A DNA stretch of 63,750 nucleotides, filler included, from Squatina squatina (GCA_031763465.1; 4 parts of 3 records of this genome joined end to end with filler, not necessarily neighbours in it); one strand, 5' to 3'; shown: positions 1 through 13,765, numbered from the whole stretch's first letter. The notes: generated by a model not told the origin, from the letters alone. A program made the numbers and translations.

Positions 1-3000
1 TTCAGGGTCCCCTCGCCTTGGGTGATTTAGTCACCATTCCGGGTCAGCGCAATGTGGCAGCGCTGACCCGGCACTAACCCGGCTAATGCTGCATCACTGC
101 AGGCTTACGTCGGCAGCGTGGCACCACCGCGCATGCGGCAGCCATGGCCCCACACCCTGCCTTAAAGGGAAGAGCCGCAGGCTTTTCCAACGGAGGGCAG
201 TCCAGCCCTGCTGGACCACCAGGCACCCGGGTCCTGGCGCTGAAAAATGCCAGAGAGCGTGCCGGCAAATGTGGCCAGAGCAATTGCGGCCGATTGGCCG
301 CCAGACATCGACCAACAACATGCTGGCCGGCGGCGCAGTCCCTGCACCTTTAACCCGCCTTGGCAATGACAGGTAAACCCTGTCGTTGCCAATGCCTGGG
401 GCCTCGCCGATGAGCCGCTTTCCAATTCCAGAGGTGACTCACCAGTGATGCAGAGGGGGGTCGCGGGCCGGCATAGAGGGGTCGGCGCCTGACTTGGTGA
501 CATCGTGCACCTTCCCCCAGCACCAATGGCGCCCCTGGTGACGATGCCTTAATGCCACTGGGGTGCCAGGCCCAATTGGGGAAATCTAAAAATTTTTGAT
601 GTACGCTGCTTTCGTGCCTGCGTCAGCAGACCAATTGAGCCCCCTGGGTGTGGTCACCACAGGTACGAGGTTGTGCACCCACTTTGGGGTCCAAGTCAAG
701 ATTGAGGCCTGGATTCCTGAAGATCTTCTTTAAATTTTTGAAGTGTTCCCCTTTTAAAGAAGAAGGTGTGTGGAAGCACGTACAGCTTACTTCCGGTGAG
801 GGTCTGGCACCCCTGCCCTGAACCAAGACTGTTTGGCCTGTCTTTCTGACCTTGTTGACAGAAGGGAGGGGACCTTCAGATGCACACCTAGCCACTGGAG
901 AGTGTACAACAGAGGTAAGGAGTGGGCTCATCCTGATACTTACACTTAGATTTTCAAAGCTGTACTCTTTCAGTGAAAGATTTGGCTGTGATTGTTATTC
1001 GTAATGTATCATCATTTCTACTAGTTTAGCACCTTTTGGTTAAGAAGTTCATTACTGCCGAATGATCCTGGTGAATCATCCTGACTAAGAGGCAGATTAC
1101 CTTCAAAAAAGAGTTCCGTTTAGGGCATGGACAACACGGCTCTGATGAAAGGATCTGACAGTAAAGAGCGATCATGTTCTGAGAGGTTGCACATTGTCAT
1201 TGCAGCCTTGCTACTGGTTATTACTATTTTATTTAAAACAAATTTAATATCAAATGGTAGCCTCTTACTTTGAGTTCAGGCAGTACCCTTAAAGATATGG
1301 TTGGAAACCAAATAGAGAAAAACAATGAAAAGGAGTATAGGAATGTTTTTGAACTGTTGAAGTTGTGACTCACTCAAACCCCTCAAGCCACCTTGAAGCA
1401 GGAGTTACAACACTTTCTAAAAATGTTTGGCACTGTGTATAAGAACTAATGGTTGTGAAATGTTCAGTAGTTCCATCACATTCCGTGCAATCAATCTCAG
1501 ACTAATCATATCGCAGCATTTTATCATTAGCGTGACTCATTGGTGCAGTTGATTTATTGAAACATTTCCTTCAAACAAACTATAATTTATTGGGAACATT
1601 AATGGCCCATGTCACTTAATTATTAAGGTGACACAGTGACATTTTTCTAAAACACGATACTACCAATTTCATTTAGTCAGGTGGTTGTCTGACATGCACA
1701 AGCCATCACAATGCTCCAATTCAAAGAATTGAGGAATCTACATAAGTGGATCTTCCATTTGCCTAATGTGACTTGCACACTCTCTTTCCAAGGAGGACTC
1801 TCCAATTACTGAAGCCCAGAAAACAGGTACAAGTTGTCAAGTGTTAAGGTCAAGGGACCCCAAATGAGTACGTGGGTACTGCTGGAGTTTAACTAGCTAA
1901 AACTGCACTGCTTAACAACACAGAACACTGGTTAGCTTCCCACTGCGTATCCAGTTAGAACCACCTTACTCACTGCAGCAATTGCTTGAAGAATTGATAC
2001 ATTTTAGCGTGGGGCTAAAGTAGTGGTAAAAATGGAAGAAAAGTCTCTGACTGCTTTCTACAGGTCTTTCTTTTTCACTTACTGATGTTTTTTTTAATTN
2101 NNNNNNNNNNNNNNNNNNNNNNNNNNNNNNNNNNNNNNNNNNNNNNNNNNNNNNNNNNNNNNNNNNNNNNNNNNNNNNNNNNNNNNNNNNNNNNNNNNNT
2201 AATATGCACCATTATTACTGAACTCGTATCTGAAAAATGCAGATGCCTGAAGGTGGCTTCTATCTGTTCCTGCTGTTTCAAAATGTGGCAAAATAAATCA
2301 TGTGTGACAGACCGATGCATGAAATGGCACAATAGCAAGGGTGAGCCTGAAACTGAGGAGAGAGACAAAGAAGATATGTTGGAGTCTTGACATACTGGTA
2401 CATTACACTCACAAATTTGTTTTAATATAGAGTTTGTGTTGTGACAATATGGTGAAACTTAGCATTTAAATTGACCAGTGAAGCAAAATAGCTGCCATAT
2501 CCTAGCTGACAAATATGCCCTACAACGCTAATTTAAAATACACAGCAAATCAAAATCCTTATGCAAGCCTTTTAGTTTAGATCTGCAAACTACTACCGTG
2601 TGTTCACACCCATAATATCCCCTACACACATGCAGTGTTGGTCAAGACAGTCTCATTATCATTGTTTGTTGTTCTGAATCCCAAAGAGTTGCCACATGGC
2701 TAGTAGTTGAGGATACATTACCTCTATCTTTTTTAAACTCCCCCTCTGAAACGAGATTAAGTAGTATCTTTACTGTCTTTAAGTAGCTTCTTCAATAATA
2801 AAAAAATCAATCAGTAATGTGGTATATAAATAGATAAAATGCTATGTCATCGCTATTTCCAACATAATGAATCTCATCTCTACAATAGGTACAAACCGAA
2901 AGAGATGTGACATATAGCCAATGGGTTGAAATATTGCCCTTCATGTAGGAAAAATGATTTTTGTATAGCACAGCAATTTTGTTTTAAACTGTGACTGATT

Positions 3001-6000
3001 TTTCTTTAAAGGGAGGGGTGTTGGAAAATTTCACTGTATAATGACATTTTCACCACAGTGCAATACAATACATTATGCACTCAGAACTATTGCATTGTGA
3101 TACTTATTTACCCACTGATTGTGGTGAAGAACCCAGTGATGTTTAGAGTAATTCTCAGCACCAACCTCATTAGAGATCATGAGGTTGATTATAAACTAAC
3201 TCCACCCCACCAGTGGGTGGGAATGAAGCATGTCAGGAGTTAAAATCGGGCAAGTTGGCTTATCAGCTAAAGTCGATCTTTTCACGTTGGACAAGGCTCA
3301 CGCTAAACTGAAATGTATAAGTCGTGCCCTGATGATGNNNNNNNNNNNNNNNNNNNNNNNNNNNNNNNNNNNNNNNNNNNNNNNNNNNNNNNNNNNNNNN
3401 NNNNNNNNNNNNNNNNNNNNNNNNNNNNNNNNNNNNNAAGGCCTTTGCGTCCCAGGTGAATTCCCCAGGAGGCGAGATGGCTGCCTCTCGGTGCCATTTT
3501 GTCCTGTTTTGCCCCGTTAGCGCCCATCGGAGGCCCTGACGGGGCACGACAGGAGCTGAATTTCTCCCCCCCTCCTGCGTTTGCACATACAGCCAATTGG
3601 TCTTAGTGTAATTTTTGGATCCATAATCTACATTACATAGCATTTTTATACTAGCATTTAAACCAATTCCATAGTCTCCTCAACATTTGTAAGGTGCAGA
3701 AAATCTATCAAAAATACATCTTCTAAAAATGTACTTACCACATGTTTGAATAGCATTGCTGTAAAATACAACTGCTTAAATTGCATGTTTTCCTAATTAC
3801 GGCAAATTAAATTCAAAATTCACTTGATTTATAAAAATATATGGCAATATTAGCAGGAAACAGAAACCAGTATCAAGTCAGATTAAAAATAATTTTGAAA
3901 ACTGAATCTGCTCTTGAGTGACATACCGTAACACAACCACATGCCTCACTTATTTTCTACCTGCCCGACATGCAGCTGAGATGATGTGAAGGTGATCACA
4001 ACAGGAAAAGGTGCTTCCCAAATCGCGCGAGCTGGTAAATACTCTTTGCAGTAAATCTATGGTTTAATATGCGCTGACGTCACGTTTGCGTCCTGGCTTA
4101 GAAAGCAGCACATTTGAACTTATCCACAACAGTTCTGACCATCCTAGACAATCCAATGGATTGAAAATGAAATCCTTGAAATTGTAACTTATTGCCTCAC
4201 TTGCACAACCACTCACACATTATTCATAAATAGAGAATGCACTCGCAAATTAACTGTATGCTGGCTTTATTGCTGCCGTATCCAAAATAAATGATTCTAT
4301 AATAGTTATACGAGGTTTGAAAATTAGTTCATTGGAAGTGTTGTGGCATCAGGTACTGCTGTAACTACAGTTCAATGCGGCAATAGTTTAATAACCACAG
4401 CAAAAGGGAGAAAGCATCGTCTGCAATCTGCCTTCACGCAATCTCAGGTAAAAAATTACTAAGTATCTGTGATGTATGAATTCTGGAACAAACCATTTAT
4501 CAATAGGCTGGTTTACCTCTGCAGCCTAGTCCCTCAAGCCAAGCGCCATGTCATTCCCCTTTGACTGATTAATTAACCAATCACAGGACATTTTTCACAG
4601 GGAGCAGGATGGTTTATTTCAGCTAATGTTCAGTCTCTAATGGCGACACGTTACAGCTAACTCTGCTTTCTGGTCGGATAAACTGACGGAACAAAGGGCT
4701 GCCGATAAATCAAAGCCTCTCCCTTCAGCTCTGCAGTGGAGCTTAACAAAGCCCCAAGGAGCAAACAACCTGGGCCAAGCCGCCGCCAAAAAACTGCCAC
4801 AACTGTCCGATTAAAAGTGGCATTTCCTTGGTTTTCAGATGTAGATCAGTCATCCACTGCGAAAAATTGTTACTATAAAGAGTAGAAACCAAGAAAAAGT
4901 CCAGGTATGCAAAAGTCCTCTCGCCATTAACACAAATGGAGCAAATCATTTCAAACTATTTGCTGACTACACTTTGCTGACCCACACAGCAAAGTAGGAG
5001 AGGGGTTAATGTCACTGATTCAATGAGACGTTGGAGCTGGTAACTGCATCAAGTCACAAGCAGCAGCCAAGACCAGTAAAGTGAAAAGTTCAGTTAAAAT
5101 ATATGTAGAAACAGAATCAGTTGTAAGGCAAAAAGCCCCCAGCTTTTCGTATCTGGGATGATGAAAGGTTTTGGTGGCTATTTAGTCACCCGACTATCTT
5201 GAGTTTATTGAACAGTTTGTTACTTGGCAATGTTATGAATTATTTAAAAATGAAGTTTAGATAGTTTGTAAATCTTTGTTGAACTTGGATTTCCTTTGGG
5301 CAAAGACTAACATACTATTATTAACAATTAAATTGTGAACGCCCAACTAAACATAGGTTAATATCACTCTAAAGGCATTTTAATTAAATCTATGAATAAT
5401 TTTTCATCAGCTAAGGAGTTAAATTTAAAAATAAATTTATACATTCCAAGATACCAGGGAAAAAATTGACTCCTGAATGTTGAATCACAGGCTGTGTTTA
5501 TTAGTTCACGGGAGCCAAGTAAATGAAGGATTCCTATAAGCGCTACAAGTCCTATGGGTCTCATGATGCTGGTTGCTTGTTAAAAATAACAATAGCCTGC
5601 AATATGTACTATGTGACTTACATATATTTTTTAAATTGTCAGAAGTTTAAAGATGAAAAATTGAAGTTTTGCAGGTCACATTAGTTAATATTGCACAATG
5701 GATTAAAAGATCTGTGTTATATCTGCTAGTTTTCACTGGTCCAGGACACGTCTCAAGTGTAGTTACCACGTTTTGCCGATGTTAAACAGTCAGCATCACT
5801 CTCACCTTCCAGCAGTGACTTCCGTCATCTTTCAGCTTGCTTTTGTTTCCATAGAATCTTGGGTTTAATTTTAGCGATAGTTGCACCAACATTAAAGAAC
5901 TTATGTTGCAATACCCCAATGCAGAATGATAGTCCATNNNNNNNNNNNNNNNNNNNNNNNNNNNNNNNNNNNNNNNNNNNNNNNNNNNNNNNNNNNNNNN

Positions 6001-7599
6001 NNNNNNNNNNNNNNNNNNNNNNNNNNNNNNNNNNNNNGGCTGCTGACCCTATTTGGAGGCCATCACTGCCCTGTTAATGCCAGGCAAAGCTGCTCAAAAT
6101 CGAACCAATGTGCAGTTCTTTCTTTGCAAACCCAAATTCAAATAAAAATCAATGCAGTCATATACAGTGACAGGTTTTATCTCAATGTATCCTTCCTGTG
6201 TCTCTTCAATAAGATGGTTAAAATAAGACCATATCATGTTCATCAACGACCATCCCCAATGTAGGCTGGCACGGCCCCATATGAGGATGGCAGCCTCTGG
6301 GTGCTGGAAGGAGGAATAAAAATTACACAGTTGGCATCAGCCATTTTTTAATGATAGTGCCAGGTACAATAGGCATTCGGTCCATTGAACACCTCAAAGT
6401 TACATAAAAAACAAATAACATTTCAAGTACAGGGTACATAAATTAACAGAAACAAATCCCTCAGCTTAGCCTTAATTCACTTTCAATCAGTGGAGTCACA
6501 GACGTGTATTTGGACTGGTCAATACCCAACTCCTGCCTATCCTGAATCATTTTCTCCAGTGATAAGGCCACATCAGGAAACGCAGCTGGAAGAGGAAGGA
6601 AATGGTGTCTGAACCAAGTGGAAAAAAACTATGGGCTTCAGGAAGTTCAGTTTGATAGGAACTGATGGAAGCTGTGCTTTGTATTTTCTCATTCTATTTG
6701 AATATGTGAGCAACAAGCAAGCAAAAAATAAAAACCTGACAAATTGTGCGTCTCAGGAGGCGCGACTGTAACTTCAGTTCGATAATTTCAATCTTTTTAT
6801 CGGCTTTGAGAAAATTGTAGATGCTTCCATTTTTGATTCAAGGAATTGGTGACAATTGTTGCAGTTGTGAAGCCTATTTAAACGCCACAGATCCTATATG
6901 TCTTCAATACAAATAAAAATAAGCCTTGCTTAGATGGGCACCAAGGTTACTTTCATAAACTAAGTTAGATTTTCAAAAGAAAAAAGGAAAATAGCCCATT
7001 GTCCACTGAACGTAACAGCACAGCACAGTAACAGGCCATTCAGCCCATCGAATCTCCACAAAAGTGTTTTCCTCTAAATGAACCACCTAGTCCAATCCCA
7101 CTCTTTTCTTGCTATACCCTTTAATATTGCTCTCTCAAGCAACAATCTNNNNNNNNNNNNNNNNNNNNNNNNNNNNNNNNNNNNNNNNNNNNNNNNNNNN
7201 NNNNNNNNNNNNNNNNNNNNNNNNNNNNNNNNNNNNNNNNNNNNNNNNTTTCAAATTAGAATGGTTAGTTATCCTGTCTATAATCTAAGCTTTAACTTGG
7301 GCAAATTCTATGCCACCATTAATTATAACATTTATTAATTCAGAAGATAAATATAGACAATGAAGATTATCCAATTGTTTCTTAAGGTTTTTGCCTCTGC
7401 TACTGACCTGACCTGACGTCTATTGCAGGTGCTGATGATGGGCATCAATCCCATATTTGTCTTCTACCAATTTGAATGTATGGCCCCCTTTTCTCAGTTT
7501 AGCTGGCAGTAGTGCTTTAGATTTATCTTTTCTATACTATTTAATATCTTCTATATTGCTTCCTTTCAAGGGCCAGGCTTCTCCACTCTTGCCTCATAA

Positions 7600-8250
7600 T
7601 TTAACGGCCTTGATCCCGAGGACTAACCTTAACTGTTCTCTGCACCTCTTCGATGCCTTGAATGTTTCTTTTGTCTCTTGGTAACCAAACTCTAAACAGT
7701 ATTCAAGGCACAGATGGACCACAGTCATATATGGTTTCATCATGACATCCTCAAACCTATATTCTACTAATTTGGCCAGTTCAGCTTTCTATTGCTTTGC
7801 TTTCACAAGGGCTGGACACATTAGCCTAGATTTTCCAATCGCCGTTATTTTTGTATTGGCGTTAACCTGAACCTATTTAAAATAAGTGGGTCAAGTGGTT
7901 AAAATAACACCAATCGGAAAATCTAGGCTGTTAAATGTCAAGTCCTAGATTTCTTTCAATTTTGCCTGTAGAATGTTTGACGCAATTCACAGAGTATGTA
8001 TGCCACCCGTTTTTTATTCCAATGTGCGATGTCATACAATTATCGGTATTGAATTTCATCTGCCATAGTTCTCTCCAAGTGTCAATGCTATTTACCTCAT
8101 TTTATAGGCCCCTGCCTCCCTCTTATTAGATGAGACCTTCTTCCACACCCCGTGTCCCAATTTAGCATCATCTACAAATTTGACTAATTTACATTGAAGT
8201 TAAGTCCAAGTTATAAATTAGAAATGGCCATTTATCCTGGGGCACCCCTG
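7600..8250 (-). mobile_element. Degenerate CR1-like LINE RT fragment
   Basis: Reverse strand resembles the CR1 ORF2 ends seen elsewhere in the window (e.g. ttagcatcatctacaaattt, the reverse of a KFxDDxK-like RT motif). Confidence 0.6.
7823..7929. mobile_element. ~107-bp MITE with 14-bp perfect TIRs, inserted into a CR1-like LINE fragment
   Basis: AGCCTAGATTTTCC (7823-7836) and GGAAAATCTAGGCT (7916-7929); imperfect internal palindromy; flanks att/gtt. Confidence 0.8.
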
Positions 8251-8471
8251 TCCAGTAAATGGAAAAAAATGGATTATCAGTACTTTCTTTCTTGTGTATT
8301 TTCATTTTCAGTTGTTTCATTTAATGTTTCCCTTCCCCCCACCCCTGTACTATATTGGTGTAACTCCTAAGATAAGCTTCAGACATCCCACCCAATCCTG
8401 ACCCCTCATTATATATTTCCCTTTTCAAGAAATATATTAAATACTGGTCCTTGTAGAAGAAAGTGTTTAGG

Positions 8472-8485
8472 TGCCACCTAGTGGG
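8472..8485 (-). promoter_or_regulatory. CTCF core motif
   Basis: TGCCACCTAGTGGG, reverse complement CCCACTAGGTGGCA, closely matches the CTCF consensus CCAC(N)AGGTGGCA. Confidence 0.55.
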
Positions 8486-8931
8486 CTTTTCTGTTCACTC
8501 AAATTAGTAGTACAAAGACGAAAGCATGATTTGAAATCCAAACTGTGATCACATTGCACACTGAATTAAACAATATTTGATAGACTAGAAAGTTATCGAT
8601 GCAGAAACACCTTAGGTGTGCATGTGAAATTATGCCTATCATTATTCTAGTAAAATATACTTTCACTTTCCTNNNNNNNNNNNNNNNNNNNNNNNNNNNN
8701 NNNNNNNNNNNNNNNNNNNNNNNNNNNNNNNNNNNNNNNNNNNNNNNNNNNNNNNNNNNNNNNNNNNNNNNNACAGCACTTATATTAAGACAACTACACC
8801 CGTAAACAGTTTCTCAACATTTTTATGTATATTAAGTACAGTTTGCTTTGTAATTCGTAATAAAACAATTCATTAGATGGTTTTTACTAAGAAATGTGCA
8901 GAACAGTTTCTGCAAGTCCGATATCTTCTTT

Positions 8932-9530
8932 CTATTTCTTTTCTTTCTTCTTCCTCCTCCTCTCTATTGAATCATGACAGAATTGAGTAATCTCATCTTT
9001 GCCCGCAGATGCCGCTTTTTTCTTAATCTTCTTCCATTTCTTCTTATCCTTTTCCCAATTCTGCTCATTGTGTTTCTCTGGTGGCCCATTTACTGCGTTG
9101 TAGTATTCAACCTGAACCTCCTCCGATTCAACTTTTCCTAAAGGAGAAATCATCTGATCGAGTGACACCGAATGTTTGGGTTTGCTTTTTTTTGACTTCT
9201 TTTTAGTCTGATAATTTTCCTTAACCGGACTGTCTTCTGTCAAACCATTATTTAGCTCTACATCTCCTTCATCTTTGGATCGTTTTGCGGGTATGGACAG
9301 TTGATCAAAGTTACAAATCCCTTCAGCATCTCCTCTGCTGCGTTTTTTCTTCTTTTTGAATTTAATTTTCACTTCTTCGATGGACTGCAAGTCATCACCT
9401 GAAAGTTCCTGAGCAGCATTGGCTTGATGGATTTCATGCACCGCTTTACGGTTTTTGAGTCGTGCCATCCTACTGGCAAAGTACTCCTGCATTGTAAGAG
9501 AACTGGTCACAGTATTTATTTCAACTTCGG
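8932..9530 (-). CDS. PINX1: PINX1 last coding exon (Lys-rich C-terminal region); 5' end runs into an N gap
   Basis: ORF 8932-9510 TSSLTMQEYFASRMARLKNRK matches the conserved PINX1 motif TIQEYFAKRMAALK. It is followed by a Lys/Glu-rich tail and TAG at 8934-8932. Same strand and scaffold as the G-patch exon. Confidence 0.9.
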
Positions 9531-10244
9531 NNNNNNNNNNNNNNNNNNNNNNNNNNNNNNNNNNNNNNNNNNNNNNNNNNNNNNNNNNNNNNNNNNNNNN
9601 NNNNNNNNNNNNNNNNNNNNNNNNNNNNNNCTTAGCAAATGTTTGTTATTTAATTCTTTTAAGTTGACACTATATCCGTATATTTCATCTACTTGTGTTT
9701 TGAATACTTCTTGAATTATTTTGTGTATGTATAATAGGATTAATTTTTTAAAATTCTCCAATTTTCCTCCGATGTTCTGCCCTCGGCCCTCTTCTGAAGG
9801 CACTGAGCCATCCTGGGACATGGTTCTGTGAGCCTCAGCAGCCCTCTGGAACCTCTCTCAAGTGCATATTTATGGGTGAGCCTCGGCAGTCAGTTTCTGT
9901 GCGCTGTTTGACTTTGGCACGATCAGCTAATCCAACACAGACCAGAGATTGCACCTACATGAACCAGGCTACAAGCAGGTAGCGCATTTTCCAACCACAC
10001 ATCTGGAGTGCCAAACCACTTCTATTGACCAGCGATGGTTGACAGTTCAATAGAACTAGATGAAAAGGATCAGACCGTCTTATGATAATATTCTCCCCAT
10101 TCTCAAGCCTCACTGTTATTCCCACGGCCACTATTACCTGCATGTTACTCACTTATAATAAATACAAACAAAATTAAAATCAGCAGCTTGAATTTCATTA
10201 TATCCAAAGCATTATTATATATATGTATATGTAGAGTAACATCT

Positions 10245-10475
10245 TTATGTAGAGAGTGGTTAGAATATGGAACTCGTTACCACATGGAGTAGTTGGGGCA
10301 AATAGCATAGATGCAGTTAAAGGGAAGCTAGATAAACACATGAAAGAGAAAGGAATAGGTTATGCTGATAGGGTTAGAAGAAGAGGAGTGGGAGGAGGCT
10401 CATGTGGAATATAGGCACCAGCATGGGCCAGTTGGACTGAATGCCCTGTTTCTTTGCTGTACATTCTGTGTAATT
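10245..10475 (+). mobile_element. CR1-like LINE 3' end
   Basis: agagagtggttagaatatggaactc...gggaagctagataaac...gggccagttggactgaatgccctgtttc; same tail family as 54290-54458. Confidence 0.7.
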
Positions 10476-13330
10476 CTGCTTGCTTCGAGGTCAGGTAAAG
10501 GCTAGTTATCTACACTAGCAAATGGAAAGACAATCTGCAGCAGCAACCTCCTACTACAGACTGTTCCAATTGGTCATGCTATATAATCAAGTCTGGCACA
10601 ACTGTCCCTTTCAAAGCAATAGACATTGCTGAAACGGTAGCAAGATGCCAAACGGCGTTTTATTCGTATATTTCATCGACTTGAATAGTATCTGAACTGA
10701 GTGAATTAACAAATCCAACAGAGAACATATCCGGGCCGTAACATTTTTTTTTAATGGTTACTTGCAAACCCTCAGGGTGGCAGAAGGATGTTGTATCCAG
10801 GAGAAAATTAAATTTGATAGGTAGGGGAAATTGGGATCACTGGTATACCATTGCAAACATACTTGTCCTTTTCTTCAGTCCTTCAAGAATTGCTTGATTC
10901 CAAATGTTCCCTACAGGAGATGCTTGGAGTAGAGGGCATCTGTCTCACATCCCCAATATCCCTTGTTGCTCAGCACCATTAATATGATTCACAGCTAGTT
11001 AATGGCTTAGGACCATCAATGCATAAACAAATGCATCTGCCAGTCTACATCAGGCAAAGTCAGACTGAAGATCATGTGGCATTTACATTTCTATGTCACA
11101 TAATTTAGAAGTGAAGTGTAAAGGTCAGCCATTTTTATAAAATCTGTTACATGACTAAATGCAAAAATAATAATAAACCAATGTTTAAACATTTTAATAT
11201 ACTGGAAATAGCTGGCAGGCAAGGAGTGCTGAGATGTTTGGCAAATTATCATTCCACATTAGGGCTAGACATGTGAAATAATCCAAAATGGCAGCTATGA
11301 GCATAATCATGAATCAAAACAACTAAGAAAGGACAGGAGTAGATTATTGTAAGCCTATATCTTTCAAATGAAATTACAATCCTCAANNNNNNNNNNNNNN
11401 NNNNNNNNNNNNNNNNNNNNNNNNNNNNNNNNNNNNNNNNNNNNNNNNNNNNNNNNNNNNNNNNNNNNNNNNNNNNNNNNNNNNNNCCTACACGTGAACC
11501 TTGACATGAGTATCGTCAGGCTAAAGGAATCCACAGAGCGGATTCGGTCCTCACTGGACGTCGAGGCACACTCATGTCCTGCAGGGGCTGTTGGATAACA
11601 CTCAGGAGCAGGAACCTTGGTCAATCTTTTCATTCAAACCCAGAAGTCTTTATTGAGCTCACATCCAGACTCCAGAAGCAATGTTATAGATAATAGAACG
11701 GATCATCCCTTCCCCAATAAATGAACAAAGCCACAAAAACTTAAATCAAAATTAGTATCACCATGACAACAGTGTGCAATTTTATATATCAACTGAAAGG
11801 CTAATAAATGATAAAGAAGCTAACTGCAGCATGCCTATTGCTACCCAAGCAGAGTTCAGAGAACTCAGCTTAGACTGAAGATCAAACATGGGACCCTCCA
11901 GGTGTGCATAGTTCAATCATTCCATGGATAAACTTGATGATCCGTTTGGGAAGTTGTATCTGGGTTTTAAACCACAACAGCGTTGGGTTCAAAGCTTAGT
12001 TTTGCTTCTCACAAACCTACAGACATCTCATCATTTGAGTAATTGATCACTTTTCACAAACCTTTCTTTTTAAACTGTGGATATTTGATAGATGAAATGT
12101 TCCCAATTAATACATTGAAAGTATGAGTTTTAATTATCACAAGTATAGGCAGTTTTATCTGTAGCTTCCATCTGTTGCTGATATTACAGTATCATTTTCA
12201 AATTCAAGCAGTTGCCCCCAAAACATAGCTTCAATTAATATCAGTATGCATGTAACAATGTATTATTTATCTGTAAGCTTTTTTTTAGTAACCAAATTAT
12301 TCACAGTTTGGCAGTAATAAAGAAAAATGAGCTCTGTGCTTTTAAATTAAAGATTGCCACAAGTCATCTTCCATCTACTTATGTATTCAACCCTTGGAGT
12401 GAGGAAATGGCTCCCTCTGCTGTTCACAAGAAAATGCACAATATGCACAAGAAAACTATGACACAAATTTATCTGGCCAAATGTATAGAAATACAAAAGC
12501 AGATTCCCTCCCTGTATTTTCCTCAGATGATGTCCAATGTTTACCAGATCAGATTTTTTTAAAAAGTAATACATCCTGTGGGCTGCTTCTGCCTGGTTAG
12601 CCCAGCTACCAGCGCACCCAACCCAACAGCCATTTTTTGGTGGTTTTCATATGAGTTGTCATTTACTTTTTGAAATGAGTTAGAAAATGATGGTGCAAAA
12701 TGCTACAGGTACATGGGCGTACTATTTTCTGACATATGAGTGAGGTCCAAATGGTGAAAGGAAGACTGGTGTCATTTTACTCTTCACACAGGCCACAAAA
12801 CTGACCTAAGAATTTGTCAGATATTAGATAAAATCCCTCTTTTGGTTTGGAGAGTCCGAAGGAAATAGGAAACNNNNNNNNNNTCATTGTTGCTCTCAGC
12901 TGCCGACTGAGTCCAATGAAGTCTACCATCATGCTGCCCTCTCTATCTTACATGGTCTTCCTTAAATTATCTAACTATAGCCAACTATTTCTCCAACAGC
13001 TGAGTTCATCCATCTGTAGCTAAATACAATAGTGTCCTTGCACTGTCCATTTAATATGTATTCAAACAATTCTGTACAAGGCTAGAAATACAGAGTGAAA
13101 AGTAGAATGTTAGAAGATAGGTCAGGATTGGGAAAATGTTCTTCATCAAACTTGGATAAAANNNNNNNNNNNNNNNNNNNNNNNNNNNNNNNNNNNNNNN
13201 NNNNNNNNNNNNNNNNNNNNNNNNNNNNNNNNNNNNNNNNNNNNNNNNNNNNNNNNNNNNNCTGTGTTCAATTCTGGGCACCACAGTTTAGGAAGGACAC
13301 AGAGAGGGTGCAAAGGAGATTTACTAGAAT

Positions 13331-13765
13331 GAAGCTCAACAGAAGCTTGAGGAACAATGCCTCATCTTTCCAATAGGAACTTTACAGCCTTCCAGACTCA
13401 ACATCGAGTTCAATAATTTCAGATCATAACCACTGCTCCCATTATTTGGGACAGAAGCTGTTGGTAATAATTCTTCTATTGTCATTTACACATCCTCCAG
13501 ACCCATCTTTTCTTTCTTTACTTGTCCCATTATCACCCCCTTTTGCCTTGCATCATCGTCACCTTTTGTCATCGAATCTCTCCTGCCTTCTGCCCAATCA
13601 CAGACCTTCCCTTCTGTTCTTTACTCCCTCATCCCCACCTTTGCCTGCCTCCATACTTGCTTAAGACCTGTTACATCTCAAACTTTTTCCAGATCTGACG
13701 AAAGGACATTGGCCTGAAACATTAACTATTTCTCTCCCCACAGATGCTGCCTGACTCAGCGCAGA
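13331..13765 (+). mobile_element. Penelope-like retroelement 3' fragment (GIY-YIG C-terminus plus pseudo-LTR), antisense in a PINX1 intron
   Basis: Translates EAQQKLEEQCLIFPIGTLQPSRLNIEFNNFRS*, the typical E..LI..LGTL.P.GLN end of Penelope GIY-YIG. Followed by a pyrimidine-rich tail and a CTGACGA...GAAAC motif. Confidence 0.8.
13691..13727 (+). ncRNA. Degenerate minimal type-I hammerhead ribozyme motif in the Penelope pseudo-LTR
   Basis: agat-CTGACGA-aaggacattggcct-GAAAC-att-aact: conserved core boxes, imperfect stem II (aggac/ggcct) and stem I (agat/aact). Confidence 0.6.
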
